DNA of 64,000 bases from an uncultured Candidatus Rokubacteria bacterium (GTDB lineage: Bacteria; Methylomirabilota; Methylomirabilia; Rokubacteriales; CSP1-6), in assembly GCA_963758635.1 (NCBI GenBank), contig CAVWWD010000007.1, forward strand, positions 64,001-128,000, written 5' to 3'. Positions 42,114-54,274 of the stretch are shown in pieces (position 1 is the stretch's first letter; each line of letters opens with the position of its first letter). The notes beneath the pieces are model-generated. The model did no database searches. It was given only the letters and a program-made list of their open reading frames with translations, and was not told the origin of the DNA. Both the position numbers and the translations under genes were made by a program.

Positions 42114-45100
42114 ATGGGTTCGCAGTTCCGAAGAGGAGACGCGATGACGCTTGCGGTGGCGCGCCGGCCGGCCAGCCCAGTCCTTTTTGCATTGCTCGCC
42201 GTCTTGCTCGTAGGTGTCAGTCCGTGCGCGGTCAGTGCTCAATCCCCACCGGGTCTGGTGGCGGCGTGGGGGTTCAACGAGGGGGCGGGGGCGACGACGG
42301 CGGATGCGTCGGGGAACGGCAACACGGGGACGATCTCGGGGGCGACGTGGACGCCAGCGGGGCGGTACGGGAATGCGCTGACGTTCAACGGAGTGAACGA
42401 CCTGGTGGTGGTGAACGCGTCGAGCTCGTTGAACCTGACGACGGGGATGACGCTGTCGGCATGGGTGTATCCGACAGGGCAGCAGTCGGGGTGGCGGACG
42501 ATCCTGCAGCGGGAAGTGGACGCGTATTTCCTGGACGCGAGCAGCGCGAGCGGAACGCGGCGCCCGGCGGGCGGGGGGACGTTCAACGGGGGCGTGAGCT
42601 TCGTGAGGGGCAACACGTCGCTGGCGCAGAACACGTGGACGCACGTGGCGTTGACGTGGGACGGGGCGACGATGCGGCTGTGGGTGAACGCGGTGCAGGT
42701 GGCGAGCCGGGCGCAGGGCGGAGTAGTGGAGGGCAACACGAACCCGCTGCGGATCGGGGGAACACGCACGGGGAGTGGTTCCGGGGGCGGCTGGACGAGA
42801 TCCGGATCTACAACCGGGCGCTGAGCCAGGCGGAGCTGCAGACGGACATGGCGACGCCGCTGGGCGGGGGCGCGCCGCCACTTGACACCACGGCGCCGGC
42901 GGCGACGATCACGACGCCGACCGCGAACCCGAGTCGCGGTCACGGCGAGCCCCCTGAACCTCGGGGGGACGGCGAGCGACAACGTCGGGGTGACGCAGGT
43001 GACGTGGGTGAACGACCGCGGGGGGAGCGGGACGGCGGCGGGACGACGAACTGGACGGCGTCGGGGATCGCGCTGCAGGCGGGGGTGAACGTGCTGACGG
43101 TGACGGCGCGGGATGCCGCGGGCAACACCGGGACCGACACGCTGACGGTGACCTACACGCCGCCCGACACGATAGCGCCGACGGTGACGATCACGACGCC
43201 GACCGCGAACCCGACCGTCACCGTCACGGCGAGCCCCCTGAACGTCGGGGGCACGGCGAGCGACAACATCGGCGTCACGCAGGTGACGTGGGTGAACGAC
43301 CGCGGGGGGAGCGGAACAGCGGCGGGGACGGCAAGTTGGACGGCGTCGGGGATCGCGCTGCAGGCGGGGGCGAACGTGCTGACGGTGACGGCGCGGGATG
43401 CCGCGGGCAATACCGGGACGGACACGCTGACGGCGACCTACACGCCGCCCGACACGACGGCGCCGACGGTGACGATCACGACGCCGACCGCGAACCCGAC
43501 CGTCACCGTCACGGCGAGCCCCCTGAACATCGGTGGCACCGCGAGCGACGACGTCGGGGTGACGCAGGTGACGTGGGTGAACGACCGCGGGGGCAGCGGC
43601 ACGGCGGCGGGGACGACGAGCTGGACGGCGTCGGGGATCGCGCTGCAGGCGGGGGTGAACGTGCTGACGGTGACGGCGCGAGATGCCGTGGGCAATACAG
43701 GGACGGACACCCTGACCGTGACCCACACGCCGGACACGACGGCACCGACGGTGACGATCACGACGCCGACGACCGATCCGACCCTCGCGGTGACGGCGAC
43801 ACCCGTGAACCTCGGGGGGACGGCGAGCGACGACGTCGGGGTGACGCAGGTGACGTGGGTGAACGACCGCGGGGGGAGCGGGACGGCCGGTGGGACGACG
43901 AACTGGACGGCGTCGGGGATCGCGCTGCAGGCGGGAGTGAACGTGCTGACGGTGACGGCGCGGGATGCCGCGGGCAACACCGGGACCGACACGCTGACGG
44001 TGACCTACACGCCCGCCGTCCCCGTTGGCCTCGTGGCGGCGTGGGGGTTCAACGAGGGGACAGGGACGACGACGGCGGACGCCTCGGGGAACGGCAACAC
44101 GGGGACGATCTCCGGGGCGACGTGGACGACGGCGGGCCGGTATGGGAACTCGCTGACGTTCGACGGAGTGAACGACCTGGTGGTGGTGAACGCGTCGAGC
44201 TCGTTGAACCTGACGACGGGGATGACGTTGTCGGCGTGGGTGTATCCGACGGTGGCGCAGACCGGGTGGCGGACGATCCTGCAGCGCGAGGTGGACACGT
44301 ACTTCCTGAACGCGAGCAACTCGAACGGGCCGCGGTTCCCTTCGGGTGGGGGACGTTCAGCGGGAGCGTGAACGTCGTGAGCGGCGACACGTCGCTGGCC
44401 CTGAACGCGTGGACGCACGTGGCGTTGACGTGGGACGGGGCGACGATGCGGCTGTGGGTGAACGGGGTGCAGGTGGCGAGCGGGGCGCAGGGCGGGGTGC
44501 TGGAGGCCAACACCAACCCGTTGCGGATCGGGGGAACACGTACGGGGAGTGGTTCCAGGGGCGGCTGGACGAGATCCGGATCTACAACCGGGCGCTGAGC
44601 CAGGCCGAGCTGCAGACGGACATGGCCACGCCGGTAGGCGAGGGGGCGCCGCCGCCGGACGCGACGCCGCCGGTGGTGACGATCACGGCGCCGACCCCGA
44701 ACCCAAGTCTGGCGGTCACGGCGAGCCCCCTGAACCTCGGGGGACGGCGAGCGACAACATCGGGGTGACGCAGGTGACGTGGGTGAACGACCGGGGGGGA
44801 GCGGGACGGCGGCGGGGACGGCGAGCTGGACGGCATCGGGGATCGCATTGCAGTCGGGGACGAACGTGGTCATGGTGACGGCGGCGGACGCCGCTGGCAA
44901 CACGTCGACGGACATCCTGATGGTGACCTACACTCCCGGCGGCGGGGACGTCACCCCGCCGATGATCACCATCACCAGCCCGACCTCGAACCCGGCCTAC
45001 ACGGCGCCGTCGACGCCGCTCAGTCTCGGCGGCACCGCGAGTGACAACGTCGGGGTGACGCAGGTGACGTGGGTGAACGACCGAGGGGGAGCGGGACGGC

Positions 45101-46868
45101 GGCGGGGACGGCGAGCTGGACGGTGTCGGGGATCGCGCTGCAGGCGGGGACGAACGTGGTCACGGTGACAGCGCGAGATGCCGGCGGCAACACGTCGACA
45201 GACACGCTGACTGTCACCTTCACTCCGGGGGACTCCACCCCGCCCACCGTCAGCATCACGTCTCCGAGCGCCGGTGCCACTGTGGCGAGCACCATCACGC
45301 TCACAGCCTCCGCCTCCGACAACGTCGCCGTGGCCGGCGTTCGCTTCTTCGTGGACGGGGTCCCCATCGGGGCGGAGGACTCCACCGCCCCGTACTCGAG
45401 ACTCTGGAACACGAGCACGGTGCCTCCCAGCGTGCACGTCCTGACCGCGCAGGCGCGGGATGCCGCCGGTAACGTCACCACGTCCGCGGGGGTCTCAGTC
45501 ACCGTCCGATCGGCGACGCCCGCCGACATCGGGCAGTGGTCCGCCCCTTCGCCGTGGCCGATGGTGGCGGTTCACGCTACTCTCATGCCCAACGGGCGGG
45601 TGCTTGCCCTCGACGGGGCCGCCGAGGGCGGAGCTGCGTGGGTCTGGAATCCGGCGAACAATCAGTTCACGGCCGTGTCGCAGCCGGACAACCTGTTCTG
45701 TTCCGGCCACACACTCCTTGCCGACGGGCGGGTATTTGTCGTCGGCGGGCACATCAGCAATTTCGAAGGGATCCGGGACGCGAACATCTTCGACCCGGCC
45801 ACGAACACGTGGGCCCCGCAGCCCTCCATGACCATCGGGCGATGGTATCCGACCGCGATCACCCTGCCCGACGGCCGCGCGCTCGTGGTGTCCGGCGACG
45901 TCGACTGCTACGGGTGCAGCGCCCAGATCCCCGAGATCTACAACCCGACCACTCACCAGTGGACGCGTCTGACCTCGGCGGCGCTGTCCTTGCCGCAGTA
46001 TCCGCACCTCTTCGTACTCCCGGACGGGCGCGTGCTCCTCACCAGCGCGTTCGATGATCCCGTAGCCACCCGCGTGCTCGACGTCAATACCCAGACGTGG
46101 ACCGTCATCGACTCACGGCTCCTCGACGCCCACAGCGCCGCCATGTACCGGTTGGGCAAAGTCGTGAAGTCGGGCACGTCGGCGAACTCGGATCCGCCTT
46201 ACTTTGCCTCGGACGCAACCACGTACGTCCTCGACATGAACCAGGGGTCACCCGCCTGGCGGGAGGTGCCGCCGATGGCGTTCCCACGCTCGTATCACAA
46301 CCTGACCATCCTCCCGGATGGCAGCGTCCTGGCGACCGGCGGGACCCGGGTGACCGACCCGACCGACCAGAGCCAGGGCGTGTTCGCAGCTGAGCTCTGG
46401 TCACCGGAGACCGAGACCTGGACGACCATGGCCTCGAATCAGGTCGTCCGCGTCTACCACACGACTGCCCTCTTGCTCCCCGACGGCCGGGTGGTCATGG
46501 CGGGGAGCGGTCGGTTCGGGGGAGTTGACGAGCTCTCCGCGGAAATCTACTCGCCGCCCTACCTCTTCAAGGGATCGCGGCCGGTGGTGAGCGCGGTGCC
46601 CGCCCAGGTGCCCTACGGCTTCAGCTTCCCGGTGGTGACACCGGACGCCGCGCGGATCGCAGCGGTGTCGTTGATTCGCCTGGCCTCGGTCACTCACGGG
46701 TTCGACATGAACCAGCGCTATCTGAGCCTCGCCTTCACCGCGTCGGCCGGGCAGCTGGACGTCCAGGCGCCCGCCAACGGGGCCACGGCGCCGCCGGGCG
46801 ACTATCTCCTGTTTCTCGTCGACACGAATGGCGTCCCGTCGATAGGGGCATTCGTGCGGCTCCCGTAG
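42114..46868 (+). CDS. Large secreted protein: two LamG-like domains, ~7 Ig-like repeats and a C-terminal galactose/glyoxal oxidase-type (copper radical oxidase) domain; multiple frameshifts at G runs
   Basis: GLVAAWGFNEG...WTHVALTWDG...LDEIRIYNRALS twice; DTTAPTVTIT...GTASD.VGVTQV...TARDAAGN repeats; NLFCSGH, RWYPT, RVYHTTALLLPDG, VTHGFD, APPGDYLLF. Confidence 0.88.
42884..45510 (+). repeat. Near-identical ~285-bp coding repeats (Ig-like domains) plus a duplicated ~600-bp LamG block
   Basis: GTGACGCAGGTGACGTGGGTGAACGACCG recurs at ~42990, 43275 (variant), 43559, 43841, 44765 and 45055. Confidence 0.9.
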
Positions 46869-47786
46869 GGCGCACCGCCAGCCGGACCGCGACATGCCCG
46901 CGTCCGGCTCCCTGCGTTTCCGCACCAAGGAAGCGTTGAGCGGATGACGCAATCGATACCAAGTGTGCCGGGGACAGAAATAAGTGACCGTTTTCGCGCG
47001 AGGCGGACTGAGGGCCAAAGAGACGAACGCTCGGCGTTCGCCTCGAAGTCCAAGGACGCGGCGGTCCAGCGAATCAACGCTGGTGAGAAAGGCGGCACGG
47101 TAGCGATGGAGTGAGAACCGTCGGGGGATGATTCAGAATTGACCACGTCGGCGCGGGGCGGGTCACGATCCTCGGCTCCGGCGAACCACAACCGACCGGA
47201 CCCAGACGCCGCTTGGGACAGTTCCAAGGCCCCCCGGATGGTGCGGCGAGCAGGCTGCACTCGACTGCAGATACTCAGAGGACTAGGTCACAGTTTCATC
47301 ACCTGGCTACACGGGCAACGAGTCCTGGCGGCACGCCGGGGGAGGCCCACAGAGCACGGGCGGAGGCGCAGGGAGCGAAAGGCGACTAGTATCGCTGACG
47401 GTCAACTCGACGGCCGCCCCAGTTTCCGCGTCCTGGGCCAGACACACGGTGGTGTCCTGGAACGCCGATCTTCGGGCGCCCTGCACCCGGTACCGAGCCC
47501 CGCCCCTCAGATCCCGGGCTGAGGGAACATGAACAATCAGCCCGCGATGGCCAGCAGTTGTCACACGTCATCACCCGCTCGTCTGTCCACCTGGCAGCAA
47601 GCCGTATACCACTACCGTTAGTTCACTCGCATGATCGCGGCAACGGGTTCGAATAACCGGATGCCCCTGCGTCGGATCGCAACACGCTGCACAGTGTCTG
47701 CAGTTTGCCAACCAACAGCAATCGCTGCCTCGGCCACTACGTTCTGGATGCGCCAAAACAACAAGGCTCGTGCGATTGCCCGGTTC

Positions 47787-47802
47787 TGGCACGAATACTG
47801 CT
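47787..47802 (+). promoter_or_regulatory. sigma54 -24/-12 promoter upstream of the NRPS
   Basis: TGGCACGAATACTGCT, about 95 nt before the NRPS start. Confidence 0.72.
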
Positions 47803-47897
47803 GTCAGTCGCGTGCCCAGATTCTGGCGATCATCTAGAGCCCTGGTTGGGTCGTCGGCAGTCCGTCATTACATGAATCGTAAGCCTCAACACGACGC

Positions 47898-50800
47898 GTG
47901 GCCATGAGCATCATCCGCCGGTATCACCCTTCCCACGGGCAACGAGCTCTGTGGTTTCTCCACGGTCTAGCTCCCCAGAGCGCCGCGTACAACGCCATGT
48001 CCACGTGGCGCATCCAGTCGCCCGTCGACCTCGGCGCCCTCCGGAGGGCGTGGGCTGGCGTGACACGACGGCACGATTCCATCAGGACAACCTACCGAGT
48101 CGTGGACGGAGCGCTCGTGGCCGAGGTGGGCGACCGCGGCCAAGACCTCCTGCTGGTCGACGCCAACGGGTGGGCTCCCGAGGAGCTTATACGGCGGGTA
48201 TCGCAGGAGGCCCACCGCCCCTTCGACCTCGAGCGTGGACCGCTGTTCCGGGCGATGCTCTTCAGCGCCTCGCCCGAGGACCACGTGCTCCTCATCTCGG
48301 CGCACCACATCGCGGCAGACGGCTGGTCGAACCGGATCCTCATGAGGGAGCTCGGGGCGCTCTACGGCGCCCACACCATGGGGCGCTCGCCGGCATTGCC
48401 CCCCGCCGGACCTTCCTGCGAGGAGTTCGCTCGCTGGCAGGCCGAAATGCTGGCCGGGCCGGCCGGGGAACGTCTCTGGTCGTTCTGGCGCGACCAGCTC
48501 TCAGGTGAGCTGCCGAGGCTCGACCTTCCCGCCGATCGACCGCGCCCCTCGGTCCAACGCCATCGCGGCGCCGCCGAGACGATCGACCTCGACGGCGAGC
48601 TCGCTCTGATGATCGGCCGGCTGGCTCGCTCCCACCACACGACTCCGTTCGTCGTCCTGCTGTCCGCCTTTCAGGTTCTTCTCGCCCGCTACACGGGTCA
48701 GGATGACATCGTCGCTCGGCTCCATCGCGTACGGCCGACCCGTGCCGCGCTTCCGCCGGACCTTCGGCAATCTGATGAACCAGGTCCTCCTGCGTGCTGA
48801 CCTCTCGGGCCAGCCGAGCTTTGCGGACGTGGTGCAGCGGGCCCGGCAGACGGTGCAGGGCGCTCTCGCCCACCAGACATATCCGTTTCCCCTCCTCGTG
48901 GAGCGGCTCGCGCCGGTCCGGGACCCAGGGCGGGCCGCCCTCTGCGACGTCACCTTTGGTCTCACCTACCTGATCGGCGAGGGCCGGGCCACGCTCGACT
49001 GGGGCCAGTTGTCGCTGACCGCACTCCCGGTGCCGCGGCGCGCGAGCCAGAGTGACCTCGATGTGCAGATCGTCGAATCGGCTCACGGCATGACCGCCGT
49101 GTTCCAGTACGACACGGATCTCTTCGACGTCGAGACGATTCAAAGGATGGGCCGGCACTACCGCCGGTTGCTCCGCGCCGTCTGCGCCCAACCCGCCCAG
49201 CGTATCGCGGAGGCGCCCCTTCTCGAGGAAGAAGAGCGTACGGCGCTCGTGGCCGGATGGACCAACGCGAGGCGCGATGGCGTCGAGTCCGCGCGGGTCG
49301 AGACTCTCGTCGAGGCGCAGGTCGACCGCGCCCCCGACGCCGTCGCGCTCTCGGGCGGCGGTCGGAAGCTCAGCTACCGAGCACTGGACGAGCGGGCGAA
49401 CCAAGTCGCTCACCGTCTGCGGCGGTTGGGAGTCGGCCCCGACATGTCGGTGGGCATCTGCGTGGACCGCTCGCCGGATCTGGTGGTCGGTCTCCTCGGC
49501 ATCCTGAAGGCCGGCGGGGCCTACGTGCCGCTGGACCCGTCGCTCCCGCCCGCCCGCCTCGCGTTTGTCGTCGACGACGCCAAGGCCTGTGCCCTCGTCA
49601 CGGAGGAGCGCTTTCGACCGCTCTTCGCCACCTCGTCCATTCCCACCCTCTCGCTCGACGCCGAAGTAGCCAGCCTCGACGGCGAACTGGTCACCCGGCT
49701 CGCCATCGGCGAGTTTCGGTCTGGCCGGGATCGCGCCTACTGTGCGTATACCTCGGGGTCTTCGGGAATCCCCAAGGGCGTCGAGGTGGAGCACCGCGGG
49801 GTGGTCAACGCCGTCGGGGATGTGATCAGCCGTTTGCGACTCGGCCCGGCCGACGTGTGGACAGCCATCACCACGGTGGCCTTCGACGTGGCGTCGCTCG
49901 AGATCTGGGGAGCGCTCGCCGCCGGGGCGCGGCTGGAGATGGTGGATGCGGGCACGGCGGCCGACGGGGAGCAACTGGCCGCCGCCGTGCGCAATACCGG
50001 TACCACCGTGCTCCTCGGCACCCCGACGTTGTGGCGGCACTTGCTGACGTCGGGCTGGTCGGGACAGCCGGGTCTCAAGATGATCTGCGGTGGTGAGCCG
50101 CTCACTCGGGATCTCGCCGAGGCCTTGCTCCAGCGCGGCGCGGAACTGTGGAACCAGTACGGGCCGACCGAGGCGACGATGTACGCGACGACGGAGCAGG
50201 TCATGCGGGACGGGGCGCCGCCGACCATCGGCCGCGCCATCGCCAACATGCGGGCGTACGTGCTGGACCCGCGCGGCGAGCCCGCCCCGGTCGGTGTGGC
50301 GGGCGAGCTGTGGGTCGCGGGAGTCCAGGTCGCCCGGGGCTACCTGAATCGCCCAGTCGAGACCGATCGGTCCTTCGGGGCAGATCCTTGGGTTCCCAAC
50401 AGCCGCCGCTATCGCACCGGAGATCTGGCGCGCTATCGCTCCGATGGCCGGCTCGAGTACCTCGGACGCCTCGACACCCAGGTCAAGATTCGCGGGTATC
50501 GCGTCGAGCTTGGCGAGATCGAAGCGGTGATCGAGTCTCATCCGGCCATTCGCTCGGCGGTGGTGCTGGCGCCGCCAGGCGGAAGTGCTGGCGAGGGACT
50601 GACCGCGTACCTGGTGGTCAGCGATCGCGAGTCATCGCCGCCCGCCGAGGACCTCCGCGCGTTCCTCCAGGCCCGCCTGGGCAGCTACATGATCCCGTCC
50701 ACGTTCATGCTCCTCGACGCGCTCCCTGAGACCCCGGGCGGCAAGGTGGATCGTCGAGCCGTGGCTCGCGCGCCCGCGACCCGGCTCGAGCGCCAAAGAA

Positions 50801-53800
50801 CCCTCCTCCTGCCTCGGACGGGACTGGAGGAGACGGTCGCCCGGATCTGGGCGGAGGTGCTGGAGCTCGAGCGGGTCGGGGGCGACGACAATTTCTTCGA
50901 GCTTGGCGGGCACTCGCTGCTGGCCACGCAGATCGTCTCGCGCATCCGGGAGACTCTTCAGGTCGACCTCGCGTTGCGCGATCTGTTCGAGGCGCCGACC
51001 GTCGCCGGCCTCGTCGAGCGCATCACCGACAGGCTCGGCGACGGGCTGGCTCCTCGGGGGGCGCCAATCGAACGACACGGACACGGGGGGCCGGCGCGGC
51101 TGTCGTTCTCCCAAGAGCGAATGTGGTTTCTCAATCGGCTCGCCCCGGAGAGCGCCGCGTACAACGTGCCGGCCTCGGTGCGCATTCGAGGTCCACTGAA
51201 TCTCGATGCGCTCGTTGCCGCGCTCCGCGACGTTGTCCGCCGGCACGAACTTCTCGGCGCCGTGTTTCCCATGATGGATGGTCGTCCGGTCCAGGTGGTC
51301 ACCGGGGAACAGGTGAGCATGCCGCTCGTCGATCTCCAGGGCGAGCCTGCGGCGTCGCGAGAGGCCCGCGCGCGGGACATCCTGCGGGAGGAAAGTCGTC
51401 GTTCCTTCGACCTGATCAGGGGGCCGGTCTTCCGGATGCTCGTCGTCCGGCTCGCCGCCGCCGACCACATCCTCCTGCTGAACATGCACCACATCGTCAC
51501 TGACCACTGGTCGTTCGGCGTCCTCAGCCGCGAGCTCATCTCCCTCTATTCGGCTCACTGTGCCGGTGAGCCTCCCTCTCTCTCGTCCCTTCCCATCCAG
51601 TTCGCGGACTACGCGGCCTGGCAGCGCGAGTGGCTGACCGGGCCGGTACTGGCGAATCAACTCGCCTACTGGCGCCGTCACCTTGGCGGCGCCCTGCCGA
51701 TCCTCGAACTGCCCGCGGATCGCACGCGGCCGGCGGCGCCGAGCTACGAAGGCGGGTGGGAAGCCCGCCGCCTGGCGTCGACGCTCGTGACGGCGGTCGA
51801 GACGCTCAGCCGTCAGGAGCACGCCACCGTGTTCATGAGTCTCATGGCGGCGTTCACCGCCCTTCTCGCGCGATACTCCGGTCGCGAGTGATGTCCTGGT
51901 CGGCGTGCCGATCGCCAACCGGAATCACCTCGCCTCGGAAGACCTCATTGGAAATCTCGTGAACACGCTGCCCATCCGCACGGATGTGTCCGGCGATCCC
52001 ACGTTCCGCGAGCTCTTGCGGAGCGTGAGAAGCACGCTCCTCGATGCCTATGCGCACCAGGACATGCCGTTCGACCGGCTGGTCCTGGAGCTCCAGCCCG
52101 AGCGCTATGCGAGCCACACCCCCCTGGTCAACGTCCTGGTGAACCTGCTCAATGCGCCCATGCCGCGCAGACGCTTGGCGGAGCTCGCCTGGGAGCCGTT
52201 CCCGTTCGATCGCGGGGCCGCGCAGTTCGACCTGAGCTTGACGGTCGACTGGCGCCGCGAGGGCCAACTCTATCTCGAATACAGCTCGGATGTGTTCGAG
52301 CGGACGAGCGCGCGCCGGATGCTCGATCACTTCTCGACGCTCCTGCACGCCGCGGTGGCGGATCCCGATTGCCGCCTCTCTGAGCTCTCGATGCTGACTC
52401 CGGCCGAGCGCGAGCAGCTCGTGGTGACGTGGAATCGTCACGGAGCTCCCGATCCTCCCGCGGCCTCGATTCACGGGCTGTTCGAGGCCCAGGCGGATCG
52501 CACGCCCGACGCCGTTGCCGTGATGGGACCCGACGACACGCTGACCTATCGCATGCTGGAGGGGAGGGCCAACCAGCTCGCGCGCCACCTTCGGGCGTTG
52601 GGGGTGGGCCTGGAGACGCCGGTCGGTGTCTGCTTTGGTCGGTCGGCCATGACCCTCGTGGCGCTGCTCGGCGTGCTCAAGGCTGGCGGTGCCTTCCTCT
52701 CACTGGACCCGAGTTATCCGGCGGAGCGCCTCGCCTTCATGATGGAGGACTCCTGCGCCCCGGTGCTGATCACCGACGCGCAGCATGCGCCGGCGCTGAT
52801 GAGGCCCGGCGTCCGGGTGGTGCTCCTCGACCGGGAATGGCCGACCATCGAGCGGCAGAGCCAACGGCGGCTCGCCGATGCGATCGGCGGCGATCACCTC
52901 GCGTACGTCATCTACACGTCGGGGTCGACCGGAACCCCCAAAGGTGTTCTGGGGCTGCATCGCGGGGCCGTCAACCGCTTCAATTGGATGTGGCGCACGT
53001 ATCCGTTCCAGAGCGGGGAGGTGTGCTGCCAGAAGACGTCGACCAGCTTCGTAGATTCGATCTGGGAGATCTTCGGCCCCCTGCTCCGGGGCGTGCCCGC
53101 TGTGGTGATCCCCGATCAGGTGGTCCGCGAGCCGCGCCGGCTGATCGAGGTGCTCGCCGAGCACCGTGTGACGCGAATCGCCCTGGTCCCGTCTCTGCTG
53201 AGAGCCATGCTCGAAAGCCAGGCCGATCTGGGCGCTCGCCTTCCGCATCTCAGGCTGTGGGTGTCGAGTGGAGAGGTCCTCGACCCTGATCTCGCTCGGC
53301 GCTTTCGGCAATGCGTTCCCTCCGCTGTGCTGCTCAACCTTTACGGTTGCTCGGAAGCGGCGGGCGATTCGACGTTTCACGAGGTCACCGACGCAGACGC
53401 GCGTGCGGCCGTGCCCATCGGCCGACCGATCGACCACACGGAGATCTACATCCTCGACGATCACCGACGGCCCGTTAACGTCGGCGTGATCGGCGAGCTC
53501 CACATCGGTGGCCGAGGCCTGGCCCGCGGCTACCTGAACCGGCCGGAGCTCACGGCCGAGAGGTTCGTCGCGAATCCCTTCGGCGATCGGGCGGGGGAGC
53601 GGATGTACAAGACCGGTGACCGCGCCCGTTACCGGAGCGACGGGACCATCGAGTACCTGGGCCGCGTCGACTCCCAGGTCAAGATCCGCGGGTTCCGCAT
53701 CGAGCTCCATGAGATCGAATCCGCCCTGGCCGCGCACCCCGATGTCGCCAGGGCCATCGCGGTGACGCGGAAGGACAACGCGGCCGACCAGCGCGTCGTC

Positions 53801-54274
53801 GGCTATGTCGTCCCCAAGAATGGCGCGCGCCCGCGCGACATCCTCGAATTCGTGCGCCGATGGCTTCCGGGCTACATGGTGCCCTCGGCCCTGGTCTTCG
53901 TGGAGGCCTTGCCTCTCACTCCGACCGGCAAGGTGGACCGACGGGCTCTTCCGGCGCCGGAGGCGCTCCGGCGCGACGCGGCCGATCGGCCCCGTACCGC
54001 CATCGAGGCGGCCCTGGCGGAGGTGTGGGCGCGATTGCTCGAACGCCGCGAGGTCGGCATACACGACAACTTCTTCGACCTGGGCGGGCACTCGCTCCTG
54101 GCTGCCCAGCTCGTCGACCGGATAGAGGAGGCGTTCCTGATCACCCTCCCACTCCGCAGCCTCTTCGACGCTCCCACGGTGGCGAGGCTGGCCGCATTGA
54201 TCGAGGCACTCCCCCTGACCGCGTCGGCAGCGCCGTTCCGGACCGATGAGGACCGCATCGAGATCGAACTATGA
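47898..54274 (+). CDS. Two-module NRPS, C-A-T-C-A-T (frameshifts ~48715 and ~51885)
   Basis: C1 HHIAADG; A1 YTSGSSGIPKGV, YGPTE, YRTGD; T1 FFELGGHSLL; C2 HHIVTDH; A2 YTSGSTGTPKGV, YKTGD, GKVDR; T2 FFDLGGHSLL. No integral TE. Confidence 0.93.

Noticed and set aside
42884..45230. Regularly spaced repeats as a possible CRISPR array
   Set aside because: The ~285-bp units are wholly repeated, in-frame Ig-like coding domains. There are no unique spacers and no cas genes.
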